From assembly GCA_965238005.1 (NCBI GenBank), contig OZ250165.1, positions 1,568,001-1,632,000 on the forward strand: a DNA stretch of 64,000 nucleotides. Direction: 5' to 3'. The notes below the pieces were generated by a model. The model searched no databases. It was given only the letters and a program-made list of their open reading frames with translations, and was not told where the DNA came from. Positions 63,795-64,000 of the stretch are shown here, piece by piece. The DNA comes from Longimicrobiales bacterium (GTDB lineage Bacteria; Gemmatimonadota; Gemmatimonadetes; Longimicrobiales; Gaopeijiaceae). The position numbers and the translations under genes are program-made. Numbering within the stretch: the stretch's first letter is position 1; each line of letters begins with the position of its first letter.

Positions 63795-64000
63795 TGGAGC
63801 TGTCCCGTTTCAGTGGACGGGTGAACACTGAGGTTTATAGTCTGTCCCCCTCGCTGGGGAGAGGAAAGCTTCCCCCGCGCAGCGGGGGAGTAAAGGGCAA
63901 CTTGGCCACGCAGGTTTCTCATGCTGCCGCTCCGTGGCGACGCTCGAAGTTGATGGGCGACAGCTGACCCAGTGCCGAGTGTCGCCTCCGGGGGTTGTAG
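63795..64000 (-). mobile_element. Right end of an IS3-family element (partial)
   Basis: Terminal TGGAGCTGTCCCGTTTCAGTGGAC; minus-strand YNPRRRHSALGQLSPINFE* (63919-63999) is typical of the IS3 transposase C-terminus. Confidence 0.82.

Overview
High-GC diderm bacterial chromosome segment. Gene content and order look Gemmatimonadota-like; this is an inference and should be confirmed with the 16S sequence. Positions 1-48.9 kb are mostly core genome: a MoxR/DUF58/BatA/VWA cluster, a folK-folP fusion, tRNA-His, and an rRNA operon whose 23S gene carries two group I introns (E. coli-equivalent sites L1931, with a LAGLIDADG ORF, and L1951, ORF-less) separated by a 20-nt exon. These are followed by era, rnr, a GGDEF gene, prfB (programmed frameshift), lysS, lolCE/D, mcsA-mcsB-clpC, bamA-skp-lpxD-lpxC/fabZ-lpxA-(gnnA-like)-lpxB-lpxK, rlmH, bshC, murJ and uvrC. 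From tRNA-Gly(CCC) at 48.9 kb the region is accessory. A decayed ~10 kb island bounded by a 45-bp duplication of the tRNA 3' end holds an integrase remnant, an IS110 element (perfect 4x180-bp internal tandem repeat and a candidate bridge RNA with guide-like matches to its own ends), gene fragments and gdhA. Beyond the island lie an isomerase/SSS transporter unit, a probable selenoprotein (UGA in a WUxxC motif plus SECIS-like hairpin) and the end of an IS3-family element.
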